This document shows positions 9,439-18,749 of a DNA stretch of 64,000 bases, piece after piece. The stretch covers positions 109,409 through 173,408 of the forward strand of contig OY968777.1 in assembly GCA_963695255.1 (NCBI GenBank). The letters are read 5' to 3'. Position 1 is the stretch's first letter, and every line of letters begins with the position of its first letter. The notes beneath the pieces were generated by a model. That model had not been told where the DNA came from and did no database searches. It saw only the letters and a program-made list of their open reading frames with translations. The translations under genes and the position numbers were made by a program. The DNA comes from an uncultured Bacteriovoracaceae bacterium. Its GTDB lineage: Bacteria; Bdellovibrionota; Bacteriovoracia; Bacteriovoracales; Bacteriovoracaceae.

Positions 9439-10968
9439 GTGAATTCCCTTCCATACAACAGTATTCCTGTAATATATAGCCGTATTAAAGAGCAGGCCAA
9501 AAGCTTTGCTAGTGGATGCAGCTCGCTGGCAGATCTAAAATTTGGTCACTTTTCTTATGGAAAAGACATAAGTCGACGCGTTGCCCAAATATTCATTCAA
9601 CGGAACTTTTCATACCTTGTTAATACCAACTCTGAAAATCAAAGTGTCGGTGCCGAGAGGAAATCAACCAGCTCATCGGATAAAATTTTTTATCGCCCTG
9701 GCCTTGGGAGGTATATATTAACCAATAAGGAAGTTTGCAGGCAATGTATTCGTTTTGTAGTCTTGTGGACCTTAATGTTTCGGCGGATACTAAGCAGCCT
9801 CGCCACGCAAGGGAACTCTTCATCCGTTTCAATATTGGATTCCGATATTGAGCCTCTAATAGGTTCTGAAGATATATCGGATTTTGTTGACTTAGAGCTT
9901 ATTAAGTCTATTGGGATAGCCGGCCCTTTGATCGCCAAGTCCCCTCGCTCTCAATTTCGAAGTAAAGAGGTGATATGTAACCGAGACCCCATAGCCTGTA
10001 TTTTGAAAGAAACTAGCTTCAGTCGTCTGCGAAAACTACGATTGATTGCCATGCATTTAATGGCCCTGTGTAGCTATTTTAAAATTGTATTTCTTGATAA
10101 GCGCTGCTCTCTACTTGCAGCGGACTTCTCGAAGATAGCTGTTTATCAGTGCTTGGATAGACTAAAATTAATAAACTTTGTTGTTAAGACCAATGCTGAC
10201 TTTGATGATCAACCAATGTGGTTCGCAGATATATCAAAAAACCTCAGAAGCGTATTTGTTTGGTATTCTACTAACTGCCTACCTATTCATTTTAAAAAGG
10301 AATTATCTAGTACTGCGCTCATAGCTAATTTTCCTCAGTACTCTTTTCTAGCATTTGACGAGAGTTATGTTTGGAATTCCTGTCAAAAGAATTGGCTTGA
10401 GAAACTTGGCTATGAAGGAAACACCCTGCATATAGGAGGCATGCCTTTTAAATTTCAAACGAACCAGAATCATTGCGCAAAAACCATGAAGCCTTCACTT
10501 GTGATATTTGATGTTACACCGGCCAAAGAAAGTTTTTTACGCTCAAGAATTATTGGACCTGATGCTTATAATTTTTATAGTTACGCGAATTCAAAACAGT
10601 TGCTTCTAGATATCTTTGAAGTTACTAAAAAAATTTCTGAAGATATCAGAATTGCAATGAAACCTAAGCGCTCCTACTCCGAGATACACGACACAAGATA
10701 TCGACAATTCATCCGGTCACAGACCTGGCTCAACATCGAGGCACATGATTCCAATATTTTAGAGCTGATAGGTAAGTCGTCGCTTGTAATCTGTACGCCA
10801 TTCACATCCCCATATTTTTTGGCGAAAAAACTGGGAGTCCCCACAGTTTTCTATGACCCCACAGGTATAATAGAATTATTGGATGAACAAAGCAGCTTCC
10901 AACTAGTCCAATCCAAGCCTGAACTTTTGGAGTGGATAACCGAAAGTCTAAAACGAACGCTCGGCTGA
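9439..10968 (+). CDS. Polysaccharide-biosynthesis protein with PFTS motif; putative GT-B-like transferase
   Basis: 509 aa. The C-terminal block SSLVICTPFTSPYFLAKKLGVPTVFYDPTG contains a literal PFTS motif and looks like a GT-B C-terminal lobe. I recall a family named for this motif but cannot verify it here. GTG start. Confidence 0.4.
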   Translation: MNSLPYNSIPVIYSRIKEQAKSFASGCSSLADLKFGHFSYGKDISRRVAQIFIQRNFSYLVNTNSENQSVGAERKSTSSSDKIFYRPGLGRYILTNKEVCRQCIRFVVLWTLMFRRILSSLATQGNSSSVSILDSDIEPLIGSEDISDFVDLELIKSIGIAGPLIAKSPRSQFRSKEVICNRDPIACILKETSFSRLRKLRLIAMHLMALCSYFKIVFLDKRCSLLAADFSKIAVYQCLDRLKLINFVVKTNADFDDQPMWFADISKNLRSVFVWYSTNCLPIHFKKELSSTALIANFPQYSFLAFDESYVWNSCQKNWLEKLGYEGNTLHIGGMPFKFQTNQNHCAKTMKPSLVIFDVTPAKESFLRSRIIGPDAYNFYSYANSKQLLLDIFEVTKKISEDIRIAMKPKRSYSEIHDTRYRQFIRSQTWLNIEAHDSNILELIGKSSLVICTPFTSPYFLAKKLGVPTVFYDPTGIIELLDEQSSFQLVQSKPELLEWITESLKRTLG

Positions 10969-12296
10969 TGAAGCTTTATATTCTTTTGATGAACTCTATT
11001 TCTCTTGAAGCAAGGCGTAGGCTAGGTCTATTTTTTAGCACTGCAGATAGAGTTTCAGCATACCTATTACTTCCATTAGTTTTGTGTTCTGAAGTCATTA
11101 ACAATCAGTCTTGGTCCGCATACTTGAATATTGGAAAAACTGTCAACGTAATCACAATTTTAGTGGCCCTTTGTCTTACTTTTAACTTGGCAAAGCCAAA
11201 GGCATGGCTAGCTTTCGTGCTTATTTTTTTTTGCGTAGCAACTGGTAGACACAACAGTCTCTTTTCAGGCTCATATATTGTAATGAAATGCCTTTTATAC
11301 GCTGGGGCGAGTGCGGCCCTTTTTATTCAGCGACCTCTTTTGATATCTCGGCAGTTTTTATTTATCAGCATGGCATCAACGCTTATGATGCTATTGCAAG
11401 TATTAGGTATAGGGGAATGGACATTATGGCTAACAACTCATGGGGCTTATGCAGACGGCCTCCAGCACTCTAAAGAATTGGTTCCTACGCTTTTTATTTC
11501 CAAAGAGAGTCTTAATTCTTCGTTTTTACAAGGTAGGCCATCTGGTTTTTTGCATTCAAATCAATTTGCCTCATTAGTCTGTATTGCCTCAATTGCGTAC
11601 TACTACCTTGTTCCTCCAACTAAAAATCGGCTACTGGCATTTATTCCATATGCAGGATTTGCAGTATTGCTATTGGCAAAGGTTGTACTTTTAAGTGTTA
11701 TTGCTATGTCAGTACTTGCATTTGGGTTAATAAAGGCGAAGCTCAGGCACTTAGTAGGAAAAATCATAATAGGCTATTTCCTCTGCATGATAATATATTA
11801 TATATTTTTTCCTGGCATCGTCAGTCAATACACAGGAGCTTATACGTTTTCAGCAAGTTTCTATTCTCGCATTTATGATATTGTAAACACGGTGCAACCT
11901 AACCGGATAGATAAAAACCCCTTACAAGCCAATATTTTGGAAAAAGTTGAGAAAAGTATAGGGCAACACGAATCAAGTAAAATAGCCCATGTTAAGCAAA
12001 TTTCTGGAATAAGCCAGTTATTGAAGGATTGGCAGTTAAATTTTTCGGTCATTCTACTATGTTTGTATATTTTTATAAAGCGCTGGCAGACAGGAATTCA
12101 GACCAATGCTATTTTAACAAATAGGGCACTAATTTATTTAGTAGGGGTATCTAGCTTTTTAATAGCCGCACCGTTTTTATATGCTCCTTCATTTTGGTTT
12201 TTTATGGGAATAGGTTTCTCGCCATTCTTTGCTAATAGTGAAAGAATGAATAAAAGGACTGTCCCTTGCTTAAGCATAACGAAAGTCGCTGGGTAA
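10968..12296 (+). CDS. Polytopic membrane protein, O-antigen polymerase/ligase-like
   Basis: About 10 or more hydrophobic segments. The ATG at 10968 overlaps the upstream stop (TGATG). No diagnostic motif. Confidence 0.4.
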   Translation: MKLYILLMNSISLEARRRLGLFFSTADRVSAYLLLPLVLCSEVINNQSWSAYLNIGKTVNVITILVALCLTFNLAKPKAWLAFVLIFFCVATGRHNSLFSGSYIVMKCLLYAGASAALFIQRPLLISRQFLFISMASTLMMLLQVLGIGEWTLWLTTHGAYADGLQHSKELVPTLFISKESLNSSFLQGRPSGFLHSNQFASLVCIASIAYYYLVPPTKNRLLAFIPYAGFAVLLLAKVVLLSVIAMSVLAFGLIKAKLRHLVGKIIIGYFLCMIIYYIFFPGIVSQYTGAYTFSASFYSRIYDIVNTVQPNRIDKNPLQANILEKVEKSIGQHESSKIAHVKQISGISQLLKDWQLNFSVILLCLYIFIKRWQTGIQTNAILTNRALIYLVGVSSFLIAAPFLYAPSFWFFMGIGFSPFFANSERMNKRTVPCLSITKVAG

Positions 12297-12297
12297 T

Positions 12298-12819
12298 ATG
12301 CAGCTTCAATTTGCTATCCAGACATCTCGATTTAGTTTGAAAACCCTTCATCCAGAAGATGTCACGCCAATCTATCTTAATTGGTTTAAGGAAGTCGAAG
12401 TTAGGAAATATATCCTAGCAGCGAACAGCATCAAAAATCTTGAATGTTTAAAACGCTTTGCTAAAAACAATTTAGATAGTGAACAATCGCTTCTACTCGG
12501 GATTTTTACTAAAGTGGGGAACAAACATATCGGAAACATCAAATTCGAGCCCATCGATATTAAGACAAAGGAATCAACCTTAGGAATATTGATTGGCGAT
12601 TTAGACTGGAGGGGAAAAGGTGTGGCGAGAGAGGTGATACGAGGAGCAATGAAAAGTCTATCAGACACGTTAGGCATTACCAGGTACTTACTAGGAGTAG
12701 ATTTAGGCAATACTGCCGCCTATAAGGCCTATACAAAGTTGGGCTTTTTAGAAATTGGAAGGTATCATTCCGGTGCTATCAAAATGGCATTTTCATATGA
12801 AATAGAGAAAAACACATGA
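12298..12819 (+). CDS. GNAT-family N-acetyltransferase (possible PseH-like role)
   Basis: 173 aa. The block WRGKGVAREVIRGAM matches the acetyl-CoA binding motif Q/RxxGxG/A, and the length is RimJ/RimL-like. Confidence 0.65.
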   Translation: MQLQFAIQTSRFSLKTLHPEDVTPIYLNWFKEVEVRKYILAANSIKNLECLKRFAKNNLDSEQSLLLGIFTKVGNKHIGNIKFEPIDIKTKESTLGILIGDLDWRGKGVAREVIRGAMKSLSDTLGITRYLLGVDLGNTAAYKAYTKLGFLEIGRYHSGAIKMAFSYEIEKNT

Positions 12820-14384
12820 AAAGTTCAACGATAAATTTTATAAAAAGTGTGTTCACAGAAGATCAAAGAAATTCTGTTGCAGCATTATTTGATAATAAAA
12901 AAAAACTCTTTGATAAAGAGGAGCTGAATCGAATCCACTTGGCGATTAGAGGAAGCAAATCCGTTTGTAGAGATAATTTTATTACAGAGGTTTATAAAGA
13001 GTTTTATTCGTCGCATTCAAACTCGACAATCGTTCCAGACTTGACTGTTCCCCACGTTGAGTCTTGGGTACCGTATGTAAAAGGTAAAACCTCTATAGGG
13101 GTATACAATTTTTTTGCGGCTAATTATGGTCTCAAAGAGCCAATTTATTTTAGAGCCATAATTTTAGACTCCACCGGGCCATGTCATATTGATAGTTGGA
13201 TCCTATGTATGGATGAGGTTCGTCATATTCAGTTCGAGGATGAGGTCAGTAAAGAAGACGGGGTTATACTCCTTCAGGCATTCCATCCTCGAATAAAAGT
13301 GATTAGTAATCAACTTCGCTACTTTGGTTTTTATCACGGAACAGATGGCGCCTTAGCGGCCGGCGTACACTCATTTCCGATGGCCTCGAAAACCGGTTAT
13401 TTTGATAAGGTTGGAACCGGATATCGGAGTTTATCTGATAAAAACGAACCTCTTCATTATTGGAATTTTTCCCAACATTCTATTCCGTTGGAACCAGATG
13501 ATAGTTACGAAAAGATGACTTGCTTTAAAAATACGATCCCTTTGTGGGGCAATGGTTTTTTAGTAAATCGAGATGCCAAAGGATGCATTAATTCAATATG
13601 GCATGACGCACCAACGGTGCATTCGAACCCTAAAAAAGAGTCTTTTGATAAAGCCTCTGGCCCTGTACTGAGTGTGTTCACAGTACCATATTTTGAAATT
13701 TTTGCCCCCGAGATTTTAATTTACGACAATCAGATAGGTTTTTCTTCGCAAAAGATTTCAATTGAGATTTATTCTAAAGATAAGTTACTGGCAGACATAT
13801 TTTTAGATTTGCCTTTGGAAAAACTCAATTCATTCAATCTTAAGGAGCTATTCGCTGACAAAAACATCGCAGGGAATGTTGATGTTGTGGTCAAATTTGA
13901 CTCTGATTTTTCTGAATTTTATTCGAACCCGGCATGTTTTTTACAAATTTATTATCAAAAATCGTCTGGTCAAAAAGCTGATCAAGTCCATAGTTCACAT
14001 ACTGTAGGGCCCGCTAATGATCCATTTTTTAAACCCAAAAATTACCGATGCAAAAAGTTTGCACCTCTATTCATAAATAAATCATTAGCAGAAGAATGCC
14101 TTTATAGCATTATCAATTGGGGGCCTGAAAAATCCAACCCCACAGCACCGCTGAAGATTAGAATCATCACTGATAAAGGTGAAGAAATTATTGCAAAAAG
14201 AAAAGTTCCAGATAAAGGGGTACTAACAATTTCCTCTAGGGAGTTTGAGCCTGAACTTTATGGGAAAATTGATAGTTTTGCCATATTTCAAATTGAGCAT
14301 GAAGCTACTAACTTTTCTGCCAATTGGTTTATTGTTGATAGCAAGCGAGAGCACCTCGCAACTGACCATTTTACTGGAGGCTAG
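12816..14384 (+). CDS. Hypothetical protein (522 aa), no recognisable domain
   Basis: Long ORF translationally coupled to its neighbours: an ATGA overlap with the GNAT gene at 12816-12819, and a stop 3 nt before the NeuB-like start. Soluble-looking, His/Trp/Phe-rich, ends in DHFTGG. Confidence 0.5.
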   Translation: MKSSTINFIKSVFTEDQRNSVAALFDNKKKLFDKEELNRIHLAIRGSKSVCRDNFITEVYKEFYSSHSNSTIVPDLTVPHVESWVPYVKGKTSIGVYNFFAANYGLKEPIYFRAIILDSTGPCHIDSWILCMDEVRHIQFEDEVSKEDGVILLQAFHPRIKVISNQLRYFGFYHGTDGALAAGVHSFPMASKTGYFDKVGTGYRSLSDKNEPLHYWNFSQHSIPLEPDDSYEKMTCFKNTIPLWGNGFLVNRDAKGCINSIWHDAPTVHSNPKKESFDKASGPVLSVFTVPYFEIFAPEILIYDNQIGFSSQKISIEIYSKDKLLADIFLDLPLEKLNSFNLKELFADKNIAGNVDVVVKFDSDFSEFYSNPACFLQIYYQKSSGQKADQVHSSHTVGPANDPFFKPKNYRCKKFAPLFINKSLAEECLYSIINWGPEKSNPTAPLKIRIITDKGEEIIAKRKVPDKGVLTISSREFEPELYGKIDSFAIFQIEHEATNFSANWFIVDSKREHLATDHFTGG

Positions 14385-14387
14385 ATT

Positions 14388-15368
14388 ATGAAGAAAGTCT
14401 ATATTATTGCTGAATTGGCCCAGAGCTATGAGGGTGATCTTGGCTTGGCGAAGAAGTTGGTCAAAGCTGCAGCTTGCAGCGGTGCAGATGCTGTTAAATT
14501 TCAAATTTTTGAATATGATGAACTATGTACTAGTGACTACGAGCATTGTGAGCTTTTTAAATCGTTAAAAATGAGTATCTCTGAATGGTCTGAAGTTATT
14601 GACTTAGCGTTAAAACTAAAAGTTGATTTTCTTGCAGATATTTTTGGGACGAAGACTTTGGATTGGATATCAAAAAAGCCTATCGCTGGCATAAAAATTC
14701 ACGGTTCAGATGTCAAAAACTTGCCTCTTCTCAAAAAGCTTCAAGGTTTCAAGAAAACTGTTTATCTTTCGGTTGGTGGTAGCCATATCAATGAGATAAC
14801 TAATGCTATCGAAATTATTGGAACAAAAGATGTAGTGTTAATGTCCGGGTTTCAAGGTGAACCGAATGTTGAGTCCGACGTCGAATTAGAAAAGATAAGG
14901 ATCTTAAAGCAAAAATTTAAGCTTAAAATAGGATATGCTGATCATATAGATGCAAATGATAGCTTAGCTATGCAGCTTCCTAGTTTTGCTGTGATTGCCG
15001 GTGCGGATGTTATCGAAAAGCATATCACTCTCGAGCGAAATTTCTTACAGCTTGAGGATTCCATATCTGCACTAAACCCGGAAGAGTTTCAAAGAATGTG
15101 TGAGAGTATTCGTAAAATCCAAAAATTTAACTGGTCGAAAGAATTTGAACTCGGCGATCGAGAAAGGAAATATAGGCTGGATACGAAAAAGGTTATTGTT
15201 GGTAGTCGAGACCTTAAAAAAGGTGACTTGATTACAGACGAAAGCCTATGCTTTCTTCGAGTAAAAGACAGACCGGAAGAGCTACTCGATATCAATGACA
15301 TCCTAGGAAAGAAAGTCACCAAAGATTTGCCGCAGTATGAACCATTTACAAAAGAACATCTTCGATGA
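14388..15368 (+). CDS. NeuB-family nonulosonic/sialic-acid synthase, divergent
   Basis: N-terminus IIAELAQSYEGDLGLAKKLVKAAACSGADAVKFQ follows the NeuB pattern, but the usual AEIG-NHNG is replaced by AELAQSYEGD. There is a C-terminal SAF-like tail (VIVGSRDLKKGDLITDESL). Confidence 0.7.
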   Translation: MKKVYIIAELAQSYEGDLGLAKKLVKAAACSGADAVKFQIFEYDELCTSDYEHCELFKSLKMSISEWSEVIDLALKLKVDFLADIFGTKTLDWISKKPIAGIKIHGSDVKNLPLLKKLQGFKKTVYLSVGGSHINEITNAIEIIGTKDVVLMSGFQGEPNVESDVELEKIRILKQKFKLKIGYADHIDANDSLAMQLPSFAVIAGADVIEKHITLERNFLQLEDSISALNPEEFQRMCESIRKIQKFNWSKEFELGDRERKYRLDTKKVIVGSRDLKKGDLITDESLCFLRVKDRPEELLDINDILGKKVTKDLPQYEPFTKEHLR

Positions 15369-16096
15369 AATTAGTTGCAGCTTTAGCTTGTCGAGTAAAT
15401 TCGAAACGGCTTTATGCGAAGCCCTTACAACTGCTGGGTGAGTCAAGCATACTAGAGCTTATCATCGAGAAACTCCGTAAGTGCCCTCTAATTGACGAAA
15501 TTGTTTTAGCAATCAGCGATAGAGACGAGAATAATATTTTCGAAGATATTGCAAAAAAATTAGACATTCCATTTGTCAGAGGAAGTGACCAAGATGTGCT
15601 CAAAAGACTTATTGATGCGTGCGAGCTCGTTGATGGAGACCAAGTATTTCGGGTTACAACTGAATCACCGTTTTTCTACCTTGAAGGGCTTGAAAGCGCG
15701 GTAAAGTCCCATAACGCCCTTCGTGCCGATTATAGCACCTACGGAAAATTACCTGATGGAAGTTCTTTTGAAATAATCTCGTTAACTGCTCTAAAGAAAT
15801 CTCACGAAGAGGGGGAAGATAGGCATCGTAGCGAGCTTTGCACATTGTATATGAATGAAAATCCCGACAAATTTTCATTTAATATTCTCACACCCCCTCT
15901 AGAGGTCCAACGCCCTGATTACAGACTAACCATTGATTACCCAGAGGATCTCATTTTATGTAGGAAAGTCTACGCCCTACTCGATGGTGAAGTGAATCAG
16001 CTCAGTAATATAATTAAGCTATTGGATAATAATAAGCAGTTAGTTGAGTCCGTAAGTAATCTTACGGATGATGCATACATAAAATTTTATCATTAA
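15365..16096 (+). CDS. Acylneuraminate-cytidylyltransferase-family protein, SpsF-like
   Basis: N-terminus AALACRVNSKRLYAKPL parallels the ARxGSxRLPGK motif of the CTP_transf_3/SpsF family. ATGA overlap with the NeuB-like gene. Confidence 0.6.
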   Translation: MKLVAALACRVNSKRLYAKPLQLLGESSILELIIEKLRKCPLIDEIVLAISDRDENNIFEDIAKKLDIPFVRGSDQDVLKRLIDACELVDGDQVFRVTTESPFFYLEGLESAVKSHNALRADYSTYGKLPDGSSFEIISLTALKKSHEEGEDRHRSELCTLYMNENPDKFSFNILTPPLEVQRPDYRLTIDYPEDLILCRKVYALLDGEVNQLSNIIKLLDNNKQLVESVSNLTDDAYIKFYH

Positions 16097-16160
16097 GCTG
16101 CTGCAACAGTCACGTGCTTTACTTTACTCCAAAACAATTCAAGGCCAGAAGGTTCATCGC

Positions 16161-16709
16161 ATGAGGTTTTTTTATCATTTTTTCCGATTAATATTTGTCG
16201 ATCTAATAAATAGCTACCGCTTTTTCCGCATGACATCTAGTTTTGGAGCGGGATCGACGATTCGTGGAATACGGAACATCAATATCGGCGAAGGCTTTTC
16301 TCATGGCCGTTTTTGCGAATTCTATTCCCAGAGTGAAAACTCTGTTTTATCGATTGGCAGTAATGTCGCTTTGAACTCTTTCGTACATATTAATGCTGAT
16401 TTCGGATCAATTGTCATAGGCAATAATGTCTTAATTGGTCCAGGAGTTGTCATTCGTTCTTCAAACCATCAGTTCTCTAACCCAACAATTCCAGTAAGAG
16501 AACAAGGCCATGAACCTGGCAAGGTGATTATAGAAGATGGGGTGTGGATAGGTGCCAATGCAATAATATTACCTAATGTTATTATTGGAAAGAATTCGAT
16601 CATTGGTGCCGGTAGTGTAGTAACAAAAAGTATCGACAGCAATATAATAGCCGCGGGCTCTCCAGCCCGATATATTAAAAATCGCGCGAGCAAGCTACCT
16701 ATGTTTTAA
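16161..16709 (+). CDS. Hexapeptide-repeat (left-handed beta-helix) acetyltransferase
   Basis: Imperfect [LIV]-G-x4 repeats: IGNNVLIGPGVVI, IEDGVWIGANAIILPNVIIGKNSIIGAGSVV. Confidence 0.75.
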   Translation: MRFFYHFFRLIFVDLINSYRFFRMTSSFGAGSTIRGIRNINIGEGFSHGRFCEFYSQSENSVLSIGSNVALNSFVHINADFGSIVIGNNVLIGPGVVIRSSNHQFSNPTIPVREQGHEPGKVIIEDGVWIGANAIILPNVIIGKNSIIGAGSVVTKSIDSNIIAAGSPARYIKNRASKLPMF

Positions 16710-17567
16710 TATTGTGCTCAACCAGATACCCTTTTCATCCATACTACTATATCGAAAAATAAGGGCATCAATATAAAATGCTATTTTTATAAACTTCCAT
16801 CGACAAGATAAAGAATAAAGCTTGAAAAGTATTTTAGTGTATATACTCGGACGAATAGCGCCGACATTTCCAAATTGCATAATATCGGATTGGCGAAGTT
16901 CTAAGCTTTCTCCCAGTTGTTCAAAAGTCTTAAGATTAAAAAATAATGTGTGCGGGAAAACGTCGTCTTTGAAGGAATCATCTCGGCAGGGAGTTTCTAT
17001 ATACACCATTCCATCTTTTTTTAAAGCTGGAACGACTAGCCGAAGGAAATTTAAAGGATTTTCGACATGCTCGAGAACATGGTTTAAAAAAATAAGGTCG
17101 TAGTTAGCCAGTTTCAATTGCTCTATTTGTACAGACCTAACTTTACACTCTCCTAAATCTTGAATGCGAGAGGCTGCAGAGGGATCTGGTTCTACAAAGT
17201 CATATAGTAATTCAGAATTCTTATTAAATTTGCTGAGCCAATAGAAGATATCACCTTGCCCCGGCCCAATCTCCAAAACCTTCGTGAGTTTTCTCTTGGG
17301 CACCGAACCCAGGACCTTCCTTACTCTGATACGGGCTTGATTTCTATTATGGACCTTCAGCTCAATACTTTGTTCTTTTGATCCAGACCAATAGTTACCG
17401 TTTTTATAAAATTCATCTAGAACAGTTTGAGCTCTTACTGGATAGGCCCAACCCAGGCAACATTTTTTGCAATTTCTGATATGGGTAAAACCTAAAGGAT
17501 TCTTCGACGAAGGATATTTTTTCTCGGTGTGATGTATTTCAGAACATAATGGACAGGTCTGAATCAT
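16695..17567 (-). CDS. Class I SAM-dependent methyltransferase with N-terminal Cys4 zinc ribbon
   Basis: CPLC...CKKC at the N-terminus. SAM motif I VLEIGPGQGD and post-I/II blocks DLIFLNHVLEHVENP. Sits next to pseI, consistent with a Pse-associated methylase. Confidence 0.7.
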   Translation of the reverse strand: MIQTCPLCSEIHHTEKKYPSSKNPLGFTHIRNCKKCCLGWAYPVRAQTVLDEFYKNGNYWSGSKEQSIELKVHNRNQARIRVRKVLGSVPKRKLTKVLEIGPGQGDIFYWLSKFNKNSELLYDFVEPDPSAASRIQDLGECKVRSVQIEQLKLANYDLIFLNHVLEHVENPLNFLRLVVPALKKDGMVYIETPCRDDSFKDDVFPHTLFFNLKTFEQLGESLELRQSDIMQFGNVGAIRPSIYTKILFKLYSLSCRWKFIKIAFYIDALIFRYSSMDEKGIWLSTILKHR

Positions 17568-17618
17568 CGTTTCTCCTTGCCTTATATTATAAAAGATCGG
17601 TCAAAAAATTACAGTAAT

Positions 17619-18661
17619 TCAAAGGACATCGCTAAACTGTAATGGACTACCCTTATTTAGTTTTCGTTTTGCTTTAGAACCTATCAATCTATCTAACCAT
17701 TTAGGTTCGAGCCCAAAACCAGGACGAATTACACGGATATTTTTAGAAGAAAGCAATTCACCCTTTTCAATATTTTCAACTACGTATAGCGAGCGTCTAA
17801 AAGTTTTTTTATCTTCCGACACCGTCAATGGATAGCGTACTTCGCCCAGAGAACTGTAAGCTCGGCTGCATTCGCTTGCCATCAAAGTAAACTCAGATGG
17901 CTCAAGCGAGAATGAAGAATCGACTCCTCCATCTTTCCGATCTAAGCAAAAATGCTTTTCAATAACTCTAGCACCCAAAGCAGTGGCGGCGACTGGTACG
18001 CCTATTCCGGTAGTATGATCTGACAATCCCGTCATACATTCAAACATTGTTGCCATATGGGGAATAGTTTTAAGATGAGCGTCACTAGGACTCGCTGGAT
18101 AAGCACTGGTACATTTCAATAGTACTAGTTGAGTGCAGCCATGTCTTTTCAGAAACTCAACAGATTCTACAATTTGGGAAAGAGTCGTGGCCCAGTTGAC
18201 ATTAGAACGGGTTTTTTAGTTTCAGCAACTCTCTTTAAAAGCGCCCTATCGGTATTTTCGAACGATGCTATCTTGTAAATAGCACAATCGAGTTCTTCTA
18301 GAAAATCTACCGCTGTTATATCGAACGGAGAGCTAAATGGTATTAGAGATAGCTCTCTCGCATAATCGAATATTTTTTGATGCCACTCCCATGGAGTATG
18401 AGCTTTTTGATATAAATCATGTAGGTCATATCCATTCCACAGCGAATCCTTATCCTGAATTTTATAACAATTGGGGATCGTCATCAAGTCAGCAGTGTAC
18501 GTTTGAAGCTTTATCGCGTCCGCTCCAGAATCAGCCGCTGCTTTCACAATCTCCAGCGCACGCTCTAAGCTTTGGTTGTGGTTACCAGACATTTCAGCAA
18601 TCAAGAAAGGTCTGGTTTCTTTTCCAATTTTTTTGTCAAAAGGGAGATGAATATCTTGCAC
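17619..18661 (-). pseudogene. pseI: Pseudaminic acid synthase PseI (NeuB family), interrupted by a 1-nt frameshift
   Basis: The N-terminal ORF (18167-18661) reads FLIAEMSGNHNQSLERALEIVKAAADSGADAIKLQTY ... KKPVLMSTG and then goes out of frame. The next frame continues TTLSQIVESVEFLKRHGCTQLVLLKCTSAYPASP ... through the SAF domain (17619-18119). The frames join if one base is added at 18187-18193 (minus-strand actgggccacg). Confidence 0.85.
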
Positions 18662-18749
18662 TTAGAATTCCTTTCTTTCTTAAACTCAATCAGCCTTGAA
18701 CAATCGCCTAAAAGATGGTCTTTTTCAATGGTTTGAAATGAAGTCAGCT

